A program made the translations under genes and the position numbers. The notes below the pieces were generated by a model. That model had not been told where the DNA came from, made no database searches, and saw only the letters and a program-made list of their open reading frames with translations. A DNA stretch of 63,372 nucleotides, the filler included, from Stramenopiles sp. TOSAG23-3 (Eukaryota): the NCBI GenBank assembly GCA_900128585.1. It is 14 parts of 14 records of this genome, joined end to end, with 100 filler letters (N's around TTAATTAATTAA, not from the genome) between each part and the next. Parts side by side here need not be neighbours in the genome. Positions count along the whole stretch, not along the records: positions 32,875 to 38,244 come from LT643547.1; positions 38,345 to 43,714 come from LT643548.1; positions 43,815 to 49,178 come from LT643549.1; 11 more parts are not named here. The stretch is one strand, 5' to 3'. Positions 32,877-45,411 of the stretch are shown piece after piece (positions within the stretch are counted from its first letter, which is position 1; each line of letters opens with the position of its first letter).

Positions 32877-34562
32877 ACGGAGTCCAACGAGCAAAAAATC
32901 AGTAAACTGGAGACGAACTTAGAGGTAGTTGTGAACGACAAGCTGGTTGCACTGACTGAATTCAAGGAAGATGGAATCGACATGGTGTATGTTCGAAAGA
33001 GTGACTTTGATAACCTGAAACGACGGGTGGACTCCGTAGAGAGCCGGTTAAACAACCGAGTACCCGACAGGGAAGAAATGACCAGCACGCTGAAGAATTA
33101 CCCAAGCAGGGACGAAGTCGAAACTGCGCTGCAGACCCGTGCGGGGGTAGCCGAGGTGAATGCCGCTCTTCAGAACAAATGCGACGTCTCCCACGTCGTC
33201 CAGGCGCTCGAAAGCAAAGTGGGTGTGGCTAGCGCCGACAGCAAGTGGAACGACTTGTCAAAAGCCATACTTGATATAGAAGAGAAGCTTGCCCCAGTCC
33301 TAGCTGGCAGACAAGGGGGAGGCATTTCGTCTGGCGAATTGCCCGACATCCGTGACCTGATTTCGTTGATCGATTCAAAAGCTTCGGCAGAAGACATGGA
33401 GGTGCTGCTGGCGAACAAAGTGGACCGCAACGAGCATAACGAAAATCTTCGGTTGAAAGTAAATTTATCCGACTTGGACTCGAGATTGCGGACAAATGCC
33501 GAAATGATCGCGACTGAGGTCCAACGGGCGCTACTCTCGTCTCAACAAGAAGTAGTGAAAGTGTTGAACAAGAAGGCGTACAAATCCGACGTTGCGAGAT
33601 CCCTTCAAGGGAAAGCAGATCTGAGCGATATACAGAACCAGTTGGAGCGAAAATGTTCGTTGAATGATTTTCGCGAAGGGTTAGCGACGAAGGCAGACTT
33701 GGGCAGCATGAAGCGAGCGTTGGAAAATTGTGTTACACGTGAAAAAATTGCGCAGTTGGAAAATTCCATCAGGGTTTTGTCCACCAACGTGATCATGCGA
33801 AGAGGGAAAGCCGCTGGCGGTGGGGACGGCGGGGTAGACGATTTGGAAGAACTGAAGAACGACCTGATGAAGCATATAAAGCAAAAGTGCGACATCAAGC
33901 ACACGACGCATGCGTTGGAATCCAAAATCAACAAGCACGACTTTGAAGTTTTATTCGAGAAGACAATGGAAAAGAAGTTTTTTGAAAGCACCGGCGAAGA
34001 AGTGCCCGACGGCAACAGAAGCGTCAGTGGTTTCGGTCGATTCCGAGAATACGAGTCCCAGTTGGGCAATTTAGCGAAAGAATACCGAGTGCTCACGCAA
34101 CATGTCAGCGCGGAAATGATGGTAGGGAGATGGATTTGGAAAAGTGGCAGGCTAAATAAAGGAAAAATGATTCCTTGGAACGTTCAATGCATAAACACCA
34201 ACCCGAGTAACTTTGTATGGAATGAAAATTCCGAACAATTGAGAACCATTGTCCCTGGATTGTACGAGATTAAAATTGGTATATTTACGGATCGTGACCC
34301 TCGCATCTGCGTTCAACTGAACAACAGAACTGTTCTCAGCAGCCAGCGGGGGGAACAAGCTGGGGGCGTTCCAGGAAACGGCAGCTCGCTTCATGGTGAC
34401 CGAACCAACCACGTTATGCGGCACGGGAAACACCCCGCAGGCAACGTGACCGGGTGGACAATGGTAGAATTTATTGCGATGCCGCCACGGGCCACTCTTA
34501 CCGTTGCGTTCCAAGCAGGGGGAAACGATGCCCAAGGCTTTTTGAGCTTAAGGAAATTGTAA
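32877..34562 (+). CDS. Coiled-coil repeat protein with C-terminal C1q/TNF-like beta domain, 5' truncated
   Basis: Repeated LxxKA/K.D helices, then GRWIWKSG...IPWNVQCIN...PGLYEI...GFLSLRKL. Confidence 0.65.
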   Translation, partial: TESNEQKISKLETNLEVVVNDKLVALTEFKEDGIDMVYVRKSDFDNLKRRVDSVESRLNNRVPDREEMTSTLKNYPSRDEVETALQTRAGVAEVNAALQNKCDVSHVVQALESKVGVASADSKWNDLSKAILDIEEKLAPVLAGRQGGGISSGELPDIRDLISLIDSKASAEDMEVLLANKVDRNEHNENLRLKVNLSDLDSRLRTNAEMIATEVQRALLSSQQEVVKVLNKKAYKSDVARSLQGKADLSDIQNQLERKCSLNDFREGLATKADLGSMKRALENCVTREKIAQLENSIRVLSTNVIMRRGKAAGGGDGGVDDLEELKNDLMKHIKQKCDIKHTTHALESKINKHDFEVLFEKTMEKKFFESTGEEVPDGNRSVSGFGRFREYESQLGNLAKEYRVLTQHVSAEMMVGRWIWKSGRLNKGKMIPWNVQCINTNPSNFVWNENSEQLRTIVPGLYEIKIGIFTDRDPRICVQLNNRTVLSSQRGEQAGGVPGNGSSLHGDRTNHVMRHGKHPAGNVTGWTMVEFIAMPPRATLTVAFQAGGNDAQGFLSLRKL

Positions 34563-34882
34563 ATTAGAAGAAAACGCGAGGGTCCATTAGCAAAGTGCAA
34601 AGGTGGCATGAACCCACACAGCACAATGCGTTCTACGCATGTTCTTTTAAATATGCCAGGGTTTGGCGCAGTACGAGGAGCGTGTGTTGGGTATGCATAT
34701 AGATACGTACATATGCAATGTTTTTACTTAATTAAAAATGATGTGTGTGTATGTTACGAGTAAATTAATTTTGTTGTCTTTCAAACGATGTGCTGTTTGC
34801 TTTTGTTGCGCATTTTAACGCACCGGAAGCGAGCACACAAAGCCGTGCTTCTCCCTCTACATTTCGTTGTCAACTAGCAGGC

Positions 34883-35305
34883 TTAAATTTCTTCAAAGTC
34901 GAACGCAAACTCTTCCGCGTCTGCCCCATCTTCCCCGTTGTCACCATCATCACCGGCAGCACTCATCTTTGCAGTGTCCGGTATTTCCCCATAAGCCTTT
35001 AGTTGCCGCGCTTCGTCGGCGTTATATTTCAATATGACGTCGCATTTACTATCTTGGTAGTCTCTCAAACCAACTAAAATAATATCGCTCGCACCAACCC
35101 AAACTTTCTTACGCATCTTTCCTCGGATATGTGCTAGACGTTTAACACCATCGAAGCACAAGACTTCACAACGGCCATTCCCTAACATTCTTTCGACGAG
35201 TGCATATTCCTGCCCATCCTCTTTGAACTCCAGTTCACGTTTTTCCTCCCCCTCGTTCTTACCACGGCGGCGATTTTTACCACCTTTCCCTTTGTTTTTT
35301 GGCAT
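34883..35305 (-). CDS. EIF1A: Translation initiation factor eIF1A
   Basis: [17 protein letters not shown]...[11 protein letters not shown]...LRDYQD. Confidence 0.98.
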   Translation of the reverse strand: MPKNKGKGGKNRRRGKNEGEEKRELEFKEDGQEYALVERMLGNGRCEVLCFDGVKRLAHIRGKMRKKVWVGASDIILVGLRDYQDSKCDVILKYNADEARQLKAYGEIPDTAKMSAAGDDGDNGEDGADAEEFAFDFEEI

Positions 35306-36889
35306 CTGTATACGGTGTTTTCACTGGGGTTTCTCAGATATAAATGCAATTATATTTCGCGAAGAGATTTAACACAGACGAGATATAACTGAACCTGGCC
35401 TGATTTGGAAAGTAAGCCTCTACTACTAGCACTTCCTTCCCCCCACATCTGAAGGTTAGTTACTGTTGATTTTTGCGGTGGAGCAACCCCCATCCCGTGT
35501 ATAATATGATGGATGGTGGTGATGGTGGAGCCTTCTCTTCTTGCTTACTGGAGCCTTGCTGCCCTCTGTACTATTAGTATATTATATTTTCTTGTGGTGT
35601 GCTTGCTGCTGCGTGCACCATCATCCATCCACAAAAAAAGTTAAAGAAGGATGAAATACTGCAGGAAGGAAAGTAGGAAGTAAGCAGAGGGAGAAGAAAA
35701 AAAGAAAAAGTTTGTTATTTTTAATTTTTGTAGTTTTACAATACAGTGTGTTTCCCTATTTTGATTATTTCTATTGCCTTGAGCCACCAGCCACCACCAC
35801 GTAGAAAGGCATAACATTGAGATAGTGTGAAGAGAAAGACGACCGGGACCACAACTCGCTTGTTCAGTCTGTGTACATTACATTTCTAACTGTTTCGATT
35901 GTATTTACTTACTACTGAAAAAATCAAAAATAACGTGATGAAAATAGAGAATTCTTTTTTGTTTCACCGCCGGGCCATTCAATTTTTTGGTTTTGTGCTT
36001 AGACAGCATATGAGTTCAGAGTATTAAAATATAAAAGAAAAGAGAAAATGTCATAATCGCCTTAAACACGAAGAATAACATTATATACTACGTAGACACT
36101 AAATAGACCGGTACGATATACTCTTCTTCTTATTCTTTAAATAATAATCACGTAAAACATAAAATAAGGATAATATTGAATAAAATACAAGAAGCAAATC
36201 AGCAAGCACACATTTTTTCTTTCTATTCACTCGTTCGTCTTTTTTTATTGCTAGTCGGTGTATTAGATCTATATAATAATTCATTTTTCTTCTTCATTTA
36301 AATTTTTTTATCTGTTCTATTTCAATATGCTGTTAAATGATTCTTTCAAAATTCATTTTAATAATGTACTTGGTCAGACAGCAAGCTAGCAACAAAGAAG
36401 AGCTGCTGCTCGAAAGAAATAATTTGGCGCAAATGGGAAGAGGCTTAATACCTCGTACAGTTCATCATTCATCATCATCTGAGAAATTGATTCTTCTGCT
36501 GCTGGCATCAATTATCATAAAAGTAGAGTAGGATGTACAATAATAGAAAATAGAGGTGATGATGATGATATTATTATTTTCAATCATCTCAATATTATAC
36601 TTGGTTATATAGAGACTAAGGTAGTCGTCTATTTAATTATAATAACTCTTATTATTAGTATAATAGTAATATTAGAATATTTTTTATTTTATATTATTAT
36701 TATTATACATAATAAAAGCTGATAGTGTGTGTAATAATACTTCTTATTATTATTACTAAAAATATTATTACAGCAATAGTATCAAAAAATAATAATCTAA
36801 TAATATATGATAATAAATAATAATTGTAATAAATATATTTTATATCTTCTTCTCTCTTCTTATCCTGCTTTTCTCTACTACTACTTCTT

Positions 36890-37968
36890 CCAAAGTTAAC
36901 ACCATCCAAAACCTCTTCACAAAATTCACCAAACCTTTCAGAGTCATCTGCCCGAATCGATCCACCCATACCCCAAACATATGCGAATGCAAATAATTTG
37001 TGTACTACTGCAGTTGAATTTTTCTCTACTGGTGTCTCACCAGTTATCCCCGAGCGCAAGTATAATGCGAGAAATAGATTGCACACACTCGTTGCCTGCT
37101 GACAAGGGGTCGTTTTGATAGGTTCTTTCGTATGGCGCCTACAAAAATCAAGCCCTTTGTCAATAGTCTCATCAAACTTATCGAGCAGAAATTTGTTTAA
37201 TTCAGCCGGCATTCTGCTCTCACCGAGCTCTCGTTGGGCCCATGATTCAACAAAAGGCTTCCAGCCAATATCTCCCGGCGTCAAGTAAACTACACCCAGT
37301 CGAGACACAGTTGCAGGTGATGCCTCGGCTAAATCTTCGACTTCAAAAAGCATTCGCATTTCGCTGGGTCCACGATCAAGGTTTTTCAACCTTATTCGCT
37401 CCCCATTCGCTAAACACAACATTCTATTATCGTCCAAGACAGTATTTAAACTTTCAATCCACAGCGTATCAATTGGTCCGTCAAACATTATATATAGTTT
37501 ATCGTCTGTTACTTCCCGCACCTGCCTCCTTACGATCGTGCTTCCAAGCCCATCCGTCCACTCCTGGGTCAATTCATTAAATTCCCCATAAAGTTCGCCC
37601 ATTGTTATGCATTTGGGATTAATTATATCTATACGAGAAATTTGGTAATTTAAGTCTTCGTGTTCATTCAAACGGAGCCTAGTGTGGGCTCCGGTCATCG
37701 TTTTCCATGCAACGGTCTTTCCTCCACATGTGGGGCCTACGATAGTTACCCCGAATCGAATTGCCAACATATCGTGCAATTGAATTACCTTGGCAATGAG
37801 AGCAGGGTGTTGTTGGTATCCGTTTTCTTTCAGTTCATCCTCTATCGCTACTAACAGATCGCCGTAATCGTCTAGTGGAACATCAACCCCAGGAAACAAA
37901 TCGACCAGTATGGCCCGAAACAGAGGCACATCATCAGATAGGAATTTCGGCAGATTACTATCTCGCAT
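36890..37968 (-). CDS. Axonemal dynein heavy chain fragment (end of AAA1, AAA2)
   Basis: [58 protein letters not shown]; broken at both ends. Confidence 0.92.
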
Positions 37969-38244
37969 TGATTTTGAAGGCAGAAACATACAGTTGTTGA
38001 GCCATTGTGTCATCGTCACAATGAATCCAGGTTACGCGGGGCGTACCGCACTACCTGATAATCTGAAAGTTTGCTTTCGCCCTATAGCTATGATGGTTCC
38101 AAATTACGCTCTGATTGCTGAAATTATTTTGTATGCCCAAGGTTTTGAGGCAGCAAGAGGATTATCCAGAAAAATGGCGAAACTGTACATTTTAGCTTCG
38201 GAGCAGCTGTCGCAGCAGCCACATTATGACTATGGGCTGCGTGC
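37967..38244 (+). CDS. Dynein heavy chain AAA1 fragment, inverted relative to the adjacent fragment
   Basis: FEGRNIQL...[26 protein letters not shown]...[15 protein letters not shown]. Confidence 0.92.
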
Positions 38245-38344
38245 NNNNNNNNNNNNNNNNNNNNNNNNNNNNNNNNNNNNNNNNNNNNTTAATTAATTAA
38301 NNNNNNNNNNNNNNNNNNNNNNNNNNNNNNNNNNNNNNNNNNNN

Positions 38345-41177
38345 TCTTTACCAAGTTAATCCTTTGGAACTGAATGGTTGAAAATTCTTCTATCGTCATG
38401 GGCCGCCATTCCTGACTCTGGGCTTCCACATCACTTTGCGGCAAATCAACCATGAACGTACTCCGCACATTCTCCCATAAGTTAAGAACGCCCACCATTT
38501 GCGGCGCCGTGGTAAACAAATTGTCTTGCAACAATTCGAACGATTCTGTATAAATGTCATTCCATAAGGGAGGGTCAAACGGCAGCCGACGATGAGCACC
38601 CCATCCATATTCTGGGGCGAGCATGAATGACGGAAGTTTATGAATTCTCAACCGGTACTGCTCGTAGGGGCTTTTCAATATGTACTGCAGAATTGCTCGT
38701 CTCACGCTATGTCTGTACTCGGATTTTACTTGCATGAAAATACGTTCCAGCATTTGGCCTGCCTCCTCACTCTCCAAACATTTTTCTGTCACTGGGCTCT
38801 TGCACATTTTCAATATATTTGCCAAACTGGCCTCTGGGATGGCAGGAACAAGGTGATCGGGGACGCCGTGGTCAGCATAGTAGCAAAACCTTTCCACACT
38901 TTGCTCGATTGCAGAATCATCGACGGTTTTACCTTTTTCGGTCTTACTACTTGCCTTCTCTTCAAATTGTTGCGTCTCCCCTTTCTTTTGTCGTCTGGTC
39001 GCTACTGTTTTAACGGCTTGGACAAGTTGTTCCCGCTGCGCAGCATGGATGGAGCGAGTTAACCGGCTGGTAACGGACTGGTCGTCATCGTTCATGCAGT
39101 TAACGTCAAAATTGGACAGCCTCTCTGCCAGCTCTTCCCTCATATCATCTAAATGAAAATTGATCCAGTCTAAAAAGACCACAGTGTGCTCCGACGGCCC
39201 CGAGTTTTCTGTTTGTATCTTGGCGGACATCTTTTCTAAATGCAGAAGGTTTTTGCTTTTTCGCGTGGGGGAAAAGGATGCCTTGGACTTGGATATCTTC
39301 GACTTCATCAGTTTTTTTCCAACCACGGAGACTGCAACCTGCAGTGCAAACAAAGTCTCGTGGCGAAAGTGCTCCAACTCTTCTAGCAAAAGATCTTGTC
39401 CTTCTATATTGGTGGACGTAATTGACTCGTTGGCAATGGCGAGCAAAGTGTGAATTTCGTCTGACCAGGAAGAGCGTTCGTTTTCTACAGAGAGCACGCC
39501 CGCGGGTTTGCTTCTACGGCGCTTAAGTGCCTCTGTATGCAAGGAGTCCCACATGGACACACGGCACTGCAAGCTTCTAACGTGCGCACTCAACAGAAAC
39601 GGCAGATCTTCGTCGGGTATGTCTCTGATATCGTAGTAGTCGGCCCTATGCTCCGGAAGGGATTGGCAGTACTGCTTTATGGTAAAGTTGGTGTTCCTTT
39701 TATTCGACGCTATCCGCTGGTGCTTTTCCAGCTCGCTTTTCAGTGCTCTTTGTTTCTTGGACGCCACTTTTTCAATGGTCTTCCAAATCATTTCCTTTAG
39801 CTCCATTATTTCCCGAACTATGGACAACGAATCACCCCCTTGCAGCTCACTATTCTTAGCATCTAATTCTGCATTCTTGGAAAATACGTTCTCCTCAACG
39901 ACCTTGCTGTTTGACATTCCCAAGAAGTTGTCTACCCCCGTGTAATTGCCGTCCCGAACTTCCTCTACTTTCATCATTGGCATCCCTTGCCCCGAGTTTG
40001 CATTGTGGGAAATGTTTGCATCAAACCCCCGGCCCAAAACATTGGCAGCGTCCTCACTGCTGACTGGGGCCCTTGGGGACAGCATCATGTCCGTGAAGCC
40101 GTCCGACGCAGTTGGGGCCTTCGAATCGGACTTTCGAACGACAATAATGCCCCGGTCGGCATCGAATCCGACAGACCTCGCAGCCTGAGTGTAGTGGCTC
40201 CCGATTCTGTCCACGATTTTGCGCAGGTACACTATGTCTTCAACAACTGCGCACCGTGTGCGGGCGTATTCGTCCAACAGAGGTGGGTACTTTCCGCGGA
40301 ACTTTCTCTCTCGCTTCGGCACCATTCTATGTTCCTGGCTCTTGAAGCCGTGCCGCTGCCCATCCGGTCGTCGAGACGTGTTGAACCGCATTGCAACCAT
40401 GGAGGCTTTGGAAGGGTCGGTCAGCATTCTCCCTGTTCCCGGGTGGTCAGTGTTGCTGCGCCCGCTTTTGCGACGGGATCCTTGTGGCGGGGGTTTTGGC
40501 ACTCGCCCTAACTTTATTCGTCGGGAGGTCTCTGGTAAGTTCGAAAGCAGCGAAGAGGACGCCGCCGTGGTCAAACGCTTGTTGCCTCCGGTGGCCGAGC
40601 CCCTTCCGTAATTTTCCAAGGGAAACATGGACAGCGCCTCGTCGTTTCCCGGCTTGTTTTCCAAACGATGCACGAATTCGAACGTAGCTTTGTAGTTTTC
40701 GCAGTAAAAGGTTCCTACGCCAAAGTCTAGGCTAATGGTGGTGCCTGACGACATGACTTCTTCGATCTTGGCTAACATGCGCTCGTATGCTTGACCAAAA
40801 ATGTCTGGCTCGAACCCTGCGTACTGCCCTCCCAACTGTTTATTTATCTTTATGGTTGGCCCCAACTTTTTCCCATCGCGCTGGTATATCTTCTGTTTCT
40901 CTGCCGCCAGCCCGTTCCTCTTCAAGAATTTTTCGTTCATGTGGAAGTGGGGGATGCAAATCCCCAAGTTGAAAATTCGGTACGTGACTTCCCCAAACCC
41001 AGGAAGTTTGACGGGCCTCTGTTTGTCTACGGCTGCATCTAATATATTACAAATAGCTTTCCAGCACTGCGCATACGTCGAGTCACTTCTCAAGGCAGCA
41101 AACCTATCCCGTGAGTATTTGGCGGACAAGTCGACGAAAAGGTCACCTACCGAATACATACTTTCAGGAGTGTTCAT
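38345..41177 (-). CDS. N-terminus of a probable inner-arm dynein heavy chain (DNAH3/7-like tail) preceded by HU-CCDC81 domains; 3' truncated
   Basis: N-terminal VKLPGFGEV...PHF...ISLDFGVGTF (HU-CCDC81-like); C-terminal RFCYYADHGV...EYRHSVRRAILQYILK...DNLFTTAPQMVGVLNLW (DNAH7-like tail). Confidence 0.7.
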
Positions 41178-42089
41178 TCTATCACCACGTCAGTTATCGA
41201 CGAGAACAGGCAGCAGTAGTAGTAGCTGTACGTGTCTATTTGTACAGCGACAAAAATCTTCCTATCTAGATTTTCTTTAAATTGTTCACTGCAACTGTCG
41301 TTGATCATTCAAATTTATAAACTCCAAACGCAATCTATCTATCTTTCTCTCTCTCTCCTCTCAAATGAAATAATGCTCTATTACATTTTTTCTTCTTCTT
41401 TTTTTCTTTTTCTTCTTCTCTCTTCGCTAAAAAAGAAGTGATGATTGATGATATTATTGATAAATAAAATGCGGTGGTGGTGGATGATGGTGTGTGGTGT
41501 TGGAAGGAAAAAGCATTGATGAAGATTAAAATATAACCGTCGTCGGTGGTCTGGAATCTAATGAATTACATGTTATTTACCTGTTAAAGGTATCGTTAAA
41601 ATTCCCTTCGTACGTTCTCATTTTCATTTTCATTTCACTGGAATAAATAAAATGAAAATAACAGTCTTGAAAACTAGTCCTATTAATTAAATAGGTAGTC
41701 TAATGTAAAAGAATATAATAATTATTTTACTTAATTATGGTAATTATATAATTAAATACAAAATATAATTATAAATGAATAAATAAGTATCTATTTAAAA
41801 TAAGGGGGGCTTGCATAACTGCCAATTTCAGATAGTTGATATTTATTAATTTATTCGTTTTGGATATAAAATTATAATAATGCAGTACTAACTAAAAGTG
41901 AACCAAATAACATAATACAGATAATTATATGACCTATACATATACACATTGTACATAGAAAGGGAATATATAAATAGCACTACCGGTACTAGTAATCAAA
42001 ATCTAAACTCCTCTTTGTTCTTCTAGACGACTCCTCGTATAACTAAGCATTCATAATACAATAACATGGCTAGTCGCGTCATCAATTGG

Positions 42090-42226
42090 CATTTTCTTCT
42101 TTCTTCTTTCTTCTTTCTTCTTTCTTCTTTCTTCTTTCTTCTTTCTTCTTTCTTCTTTCTTCTTTCTTCCTTTCTTCTTCTTCTTCTTCTTCTTCTTCTT
42201 TCTTCTTCTTCTTTCTTCTTCTTCTT
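42090..42226. repeat. (TTC/TTTC)n tract
   Basis: Pyrimidine tract between divergent genes. Confidence 0.9.
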
Positions 42227-42711
42227 ATCGTATATAATAACATCATAGCCAATAAATAATTTAGAGAAGGATTTTTGGATGGATCAGCACTAACTTAATT
42301 TTAGGTTTATCTACATCTTCTTCACTTCGTTCGCTCTGCCGTACTTCTTGCTACAGCTACGTTAACTAGTTCAATAAAAAGATGAGAAGAATTTATTTAT
42401 TTTATCAAGTAGTATAATTTATAGACGACTTTTACATTTTGTGTGTTGTTATTTTGTTGGTTGTTGTACAAGAGGAGATATTGCTTTTGTAGATTGAACG
42501 AGGAGGTGTTTAATCGAAATATATGTATGTATACACGATTTGTGAAATGAATTTAAAAAGAAATGACACTTGGAAAAAGTATAACCACAAAAAAATAGAA
42601 AGTTGCGTCTACGTAACAGATATACATTTATTAGGTGACCGAAAGGCAACGAACGCAACAGGCCGCTTCGTACTCACTCCGGTAGTTCACGAAGAATTCG
42701 TTGGTCGAAAA

Positions 42712-43714
42712 ATGCGTGTGACCCGGCACCTCTTCCTTTTCCTTTGTTTGGCGGTGTTTCTCCTTGTGAGTCACCCTGGTGCCGTTGACGCCGCAAAGAA
42801 GAGCCGAAAGAAGCGCAGCAGGAAAGCAAAGCCTGCGGTGAAGAAAAATGTACAACAAGAAATAGAGGTAAGTGCATCCATGGAAGAAGACGAGGGCGTG
42901 GTCGTCTCGGAGCCGGTCGCAGAGGAAGAAGCTCCTGAGCCCCCCCCTCCACCTGCGCAGGCAGCCAGTGCACAGCGCTCTGCCGCCACCCTAGGGGAGG
43001 ACGCCGAAAAGGACACCGAAAAGGCCAGCGAAACGGCGCCGGAAGACAAGCCCGCGAAAAAGAAGAAAAAATCCCAGAACAACCCCTTCGTTCTGATCAC
43101 TATACTGGTTGTCCCGATACTTCTGTCGTTTTGCAGAGCAAAACTGTACTTTTGGTGCCGTGGAATTGTGTTCCTGCTGCTGTCCTCCGAGAAGCGTGGA
43201 ATGAGCAAAGCGCCCGATACGGAGAAGCTTATCAAGTCCAAATCGCGGAAGAAAACGATTATTTTCATCCGTCACGGGGAGTCGGACTGGAACGAAATTT
43301 TTAACAAAAGCAAGATAAAGCTGCTGCCGCGACTCATCCGGGGGCTGTTTCGTGAGGCGATGTACTTTGTCACCGACAACTCCGTGTTTATCGACTCCCC
43401 GCTGTCCCAAGAGGGCGTCAGCCAAGCAATGCGGCTTCGGGAGTTTCTCTTCAACTACTCTAACAAGCAGACGGAAATGGACGAGCTTGTTGCGGCGCTC
43501 CAGGGAAGGGGGAAGTGGAAGCAGGACTCCCTTCTCGTAAGCTCAAACCTGCGCCGGGCGATCAACACGGGGTGCATTGCGCTGTGGCCCCGGTTGCACA
43601 AGAACATGGAGAAGATTAAAATTCAATCGTCGCTGCAAGAGATGAGCAGAAACGTGGACACCAACGCGCTCGCTGGCGCGGCCGCGTTGCCAGAAATGTC
43701 TTTGATGAAGGACA
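42712..43714 (+). CDS. Histidine phosphatase (PGM-like) protein with signal peptide and TM segment, 3' truncated
   Basis: FIRHGES, DSPLSQEGVSQA, SSNLRRAINT, LQEMS; leader MRVTRHLFLFLCLAVFLL. Confidence 0.8.
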
Positions 43715-44115
43715 NNNNNNNNNNNNNNNNNNNNNNNNNNNNNNNNNNNNNNNNNNNNTTAATTAATTAANNNNNNNNNNNNNNNNNNNNNNNNNNNNNN
43801 NNNNNNNNNNNNNNAGCTGTGAGCTGTGAGCTGCTGTGTGATGTGTTCTTGTGGTTGTTTTTTGTTGTTGTTGGTTGGGTTCGTTGATTTTTGTTTTTAC
43901 ACTAAACAACTTTTTAGTTCTGTTATATAATTTGATAAATACGAACATGAAAATATAAAAGCGTTTAATTTTTAGTAGTTGTTGATTTTAGCAATAACGG
44001 AAACGAAAGAAAACGAACGTTATTGTACGGTTTAAAGGAAATTGAATTCATACCAAGGTGTTGTTTCACCACATACATATACCTATCGGATTCGTGCAAA
44101 GAAGCGTTTTACACA

Positions 44116-44880
44116 ATGAAACTTCAACGGCGGTCAGCTCTAATGATCGGTGCCGTTGCTTGCGTCGTTTTTTTGGCGATAGCATCGTGCTCAAGTGCAC
44201 AACAATGTGGCGGTGGCCCGAAATCTGACGGTTGCGGGGGGCAAGAAGAGGGGGAAATGGATTACTCGTTCGATGGAATGCCGAAACCGAAAGGGTGGCG
44301 GGAAATGGAAGAGTACCAGTACCTACTCAACGACGCGACCGCTCCAACGCAGAAAGCCGCACCGCGTGGTGGAAGGCAGTCAAAAGAAGAGCGTGATATG
44401 TTTGATGAGTGGGAGAAAGAGCTAGCCGACGCGGAAGACACGCAAAGCAACGAGAATTTTCTGGACAGCAAGGCTGGAAAGATGTGTACAGCTGGTCTTG
44501 CAGGGCTTGTTTTGACCTTTGTATTGCTCCGACTGAAGAGCTCGAGCAGGAATAGCGTTGACGGCGACGCCGTCGTTCCGAAGGAGGAAGAGAGGAAAGC
44601 CGAAGAAAAAGCGAAGAAGACGGAGCCGAAGAAGTCGAAGCAGCCCGGCAAGAAGGCAAAAGCCAGTGCCCAGAAGAAGAAGAAAGCACAAAAGGGGAAG
44701 GTTGAAGGGGACGTCCCAGGCGCGGACGAACCGGTGGAAGAGAAAAAGCCAAAGAAAGAAACGGCCGCACAGAAGACCACGGACAAAATGGAGGAAGAAG
44801 ACGATGGCTTTGTTTTGGTAGGGCAGAAAAAGAAACAAACAAAGAAGAAGAAAAAGAAGAAATCCAGAAAAGAAGACTAG
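44116..44880 (+). CDS. Single-pass membrane protein with Lys-rich tail
   Basis: Signal-like leader, TM AGLAGLVLTFVLL, basic C-terminus. Confidence 0.65.
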   Translation: MKLQRRSALMIGAVACVVFLAIASCSSAQQCGGGPKSDGCGGQEEGEMDYSFDGMPKPKGWREMEEYQYLLNDATAPTQKAAPRGGRQSKEERDMFDEWEKELADAEDTQSNENFLDSKAGKMCTAGLAGLVLTFVLLRLKSSSRNSVDGDAVVPKEEERKAEEKAKKTEPKKSKQPGKKAKASAQKKKKAQKGKVEGDVPGADEPVEEKKPKKETAAQKTTDKMEEEDDGFVLVGQKKKQTKKKKKKKSRKED

Positions 44881-45411
44881 GTCGTCGTGGTCTGGTGTAT
44901 CATGAATAAGTTCTCAGAAAGAAAAAATGGTCACCGCTTGCTGCTGGAAGAAAAGCCTTTTACACATCATAATACATTCGTAGCTGAAATAAGAATTAAT
45001 AAAATCCACATTGAAACATTTACTTCAATAATTATGAAAACTTACGTACGTAGTCCTCGTAATTGTTTTTTCCTGATCCCTCTTCTTTTTCTTTCTTCTT
45101 CTTCTTCTTCTATTTAAATTATTACATTCTTCTCTCTCCTCTATTTTTTTCTTTCTTCTATCTTCTTCCTCCCTTTTTTCGTCTTTTCAATACATTTATT
45201 CACCGGGATATATAGACTAATATATATGTAATGTATATAATTAATAATAGCTGCAGCAAAATATAAAATTGAACGATTGAATCATCCTAAAATCAATTTT
45301 CACCAATACATCAATTTGAAATACAGTTGTACATTTAAAACTGATTTGTACCTGTTCGTCCCTGCCTATTCACGCATTACACGCATTAGAACACAGCACG
45401 GTTAATAATCC

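Noticed and set aside
36890..41177. One dynein gene spanning both sides of the spacer at 38245
   Set aside because: Different contigs placed together by length; orientation and missing intervening domains do not support continuity
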